Shown one piece after another: positions 61,475-64,000 of a stretch of DNA of 64,000 bases. Location of the stretch: the NCBI RefSeq assembly GCF_964194155.1, contig NC_135898.1:58218001-58282000 (forward strand), given 5' to 3'. A program made the position numbers and the translations under genes. Positions within the stretch are counted from its first letter, which is position 1; each line of letters opens with the position of its first letter. Below the pieces are notes generated by a model. That model made no database searches. It saw only the letters and a list, made by a program, of their open reading frames with translations, and had not been told where the DNA came from. Origin of the DNA: Cetorhinus maximus. Its lineage: Eukaryota.

Positions 61475-64000
61475 GTAACAGTGTAACATTCTACTCTGCT
61501 TTTACCTTGTAACACACAGAGCAGTGGAGGCTGATTTGCATTTCCTATTGATTCATTGGCAGTAATATATTAAATACATTTGAAAAAGTGTACTTCGCTT
61601 TAAGCCCTGGTGATGCCTAAGCTCGTAAAGAAGTTAAGTTTATGTATATGGTGGGGGAGGGTGGAATGAAAGGTGTAAGGGGGCTACCTTTATTATAAAA
61701 CACTCCATTGTTCCTCCAAATCTAAGTTATACTGTAAAAATCCACTTTACTGAAACCATTTAAAGTTTCAGTCTTTTTATTACTCTCTTTACCCCTTCTT
61801 TCTCTGTGTATAGCCTCTACACTCAGATGGGAGAGAAAGGGTTACTGAATTGGCATTGGTCATAAGATTTCCAGCAAGCGACTCAATGAAATATCGTGCA
61901 GGTCATGTATGTGACTATTCGGATGCTTCTCAGTTCACATTTTAATATAACAGGAGGCCACTCTCTAATTTTCTGTGAAGCCACTTGCTGGCAGTTGCAA
62001 AATTCAGGTCAGCAGAGCAGTTGCTAATTGAGTCCAGAAATGTGTGTCCATGGCTCAAGGCCTCCTCCACTATTTTTATTGTTTTTAAACTATTGAAGCA
62101 TGTTATTTATGCTGAAAGTAGCTCCCTCTTCCAGTTCTACTTTAAAATGCATTGTAATGAAATGACCAATAGTCTTAAATGTTATATATAGATTATACAT
62201 TCACACAGTTGTCCCTTCATCTATAGTATGGAAAGAAACGACATGCATTTATTGAGTGCTGCCACATTTGACTACTTTTCCATAGAAAGGTTTTGAAGAA
62301 AAGAGTTATCTTTAAAATATAGAGATTTTAAAGCAAATGGTGATCATGCTGTTTTTAAAAAATAATAAATTATTAATGAACTTTTAAAAAATTTAATCTT
62401 TCACAGTATGTGGTCATCGCTGGCCAGGCCAGCGGTTATTGCTTATCCCTAATTGCCCTTGAGGAAGATCTTCGAAAAATTGTGTAGCTATTAACTAATA
62501 AACTATTAGTAAACACCTCGGATTGATTGTGTTAGGAAACCTTTGGTTCCTCTACCTTTAAATGGGAGAGATAGGAAGAAAAGTACACACAGCAACAGCG
62601 ATGCAGGCAGTCAAGTTTCAAGGAGAATAATGTGAGGCCAGTCAGGCTCAACAAAGAAAAAAAGATTAGAATGAAATGGAGTAGTTAGAAGTAATTTTGT
62701 TTAGATCAAACAAGGCAAATCAGTGATGTGGGAAAACATAACGTGTTCATTTTTTTGTATTGCAAAGAACGTTTAACATGATTGAACTAAGTGCATGTGA
62801 TCTTAACTATTTTACTGCATGTTTACTGTTGTAAAATAAAGCAGCTTAATAATTCATGCCTGGCCTTATCTCACCAAGTGTTTGCTCAGTCTGCCTCTGG
62901 AGAGATTCAAGAAGCACCATGGGAAAGACATGAGTATTCTATTCAAATCACAAGGGGATACCATTGTGACACAACTGGTTTATGCCTTTGTATTGAGAGA
63001 GATTGGGTAGGATGGGCACACTCTTGAAGTTAGGATGCTGAAAATACTTAATGGGAGCGACTTAGCATTGCTACTTCCAAGAGTAATATGCAGCACTAGC
63101 TAATCTCAAAGTTTGAAAGATACTCATTTCCTTTGACTGTCAAATATTTATCCAGTTCCCTCTTGAACTACTATTTGCCTTTACAACCTTTTCTGGGTAC
63201 TCTGTTCTGTTTATTCACTTTTTTGTGTAAACGTATTAAATGTCTCTGTTCACATTTCCTCTACTGACCTTGAATCCATAACCTATTGTTGTATTGTTTG
63301 TGATTATAATAAAACATGTTACTTTTGATTCAGTTTATTTACATCCCTTGGAATCTTGAATACCTCTCTGAATTGCCATTACCAGTAAAAATATTCCTGG
63401 TTTCTGTAATCCTTCCTCATAGTTCAGATGGCTGTTGTGTGTTGTTAATCTACTTGCCCAATGCTATTATGTCCAGTACCACAATGTTACTATAATTGAA
63501 TGGTAGCCAAAATTGTGCAGTTATTGCAGTTGGAGATAGACCAGTATTGAATTGGAACCGGGAATTCTTGAATAACGCTCTACATTCGTGATGACAGTGG
63601 AATAGAATATATTATGTGGCACAGTGCAGTATTATTTTACACATCTGCTCCCAGCCATTCAACAAAGTAACAATGAAAAACTGAAAGTTACCAGTAGTTG
63701 CTCTCATGTTTCACTTTAGGATATTGAGGGATTATGGGTTTGATAAATAGATCATTCTTCAAATCTAAATTTCCTTACTTTTCATGATTTATTAATCTAA
63801 TCAATTTTTGGGCTACATTTTTTAAGTAGAAATAGCAGTGCACAAAATATGATACTGAAGGATTGTTAAGGTTTTCAATTTTTCAGAAAATACAAAATCA
63901 CAGTTTTTCTGTGGCTACCTTTTAAAATATAAGTAAATTCAAGCTTGGGTTGTGGCTGTATAGATTTTTATAGCTTCACCTAAGTGAAGAAAATAGCTAA

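Noticed and set aside
61475-64000. WDR11 exon 10
   Set aside because: No frame resembling the expected next segment (..EVHLKFLLTGLLSGL..) was found; it probably lies beyond the window.

Overview
Eukaryotic, TE-dense vertebrate genomic DNA. The CR1, L2, Penelope, RTE and Deu-type SINE repertoire points to a cartilaginous fish, probably a shark (inference). The window holds the promoter and coding exons 1-9 of WDR11 on the + strand (ATG at 10227); all splice sites are GT-AG with consistent phases, and the gene continues past the window end. The main candidate for novelty lies upstream: a ~5.8 kb degraded endogenous retrovirus on the - strand (2830-8650) with a 4-bp TSD, PPT, integrase remnants and an env. 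The env has a furin site, a fusion peptide and a paramyxovirus-F-like layout rather than a gamma-type one, making it a lokiretrovirus-like candidate. Other notable items: an intact, intronless RIIAD1-like retrocopy antisense in WDR11 intron 8; a 42-bp duplicate of the exon 8 acceptor ending in an in-frame stop; Penelope termini with variant hammerhead ribozyme motifs, including a ~310-bp hairpin; a Penelope-derived branch-point region for exon 3; solo LTRs with TSDs; nested TE layers; and a 41-bp minisatellite. All alignments were done by eye and no database searches were run.
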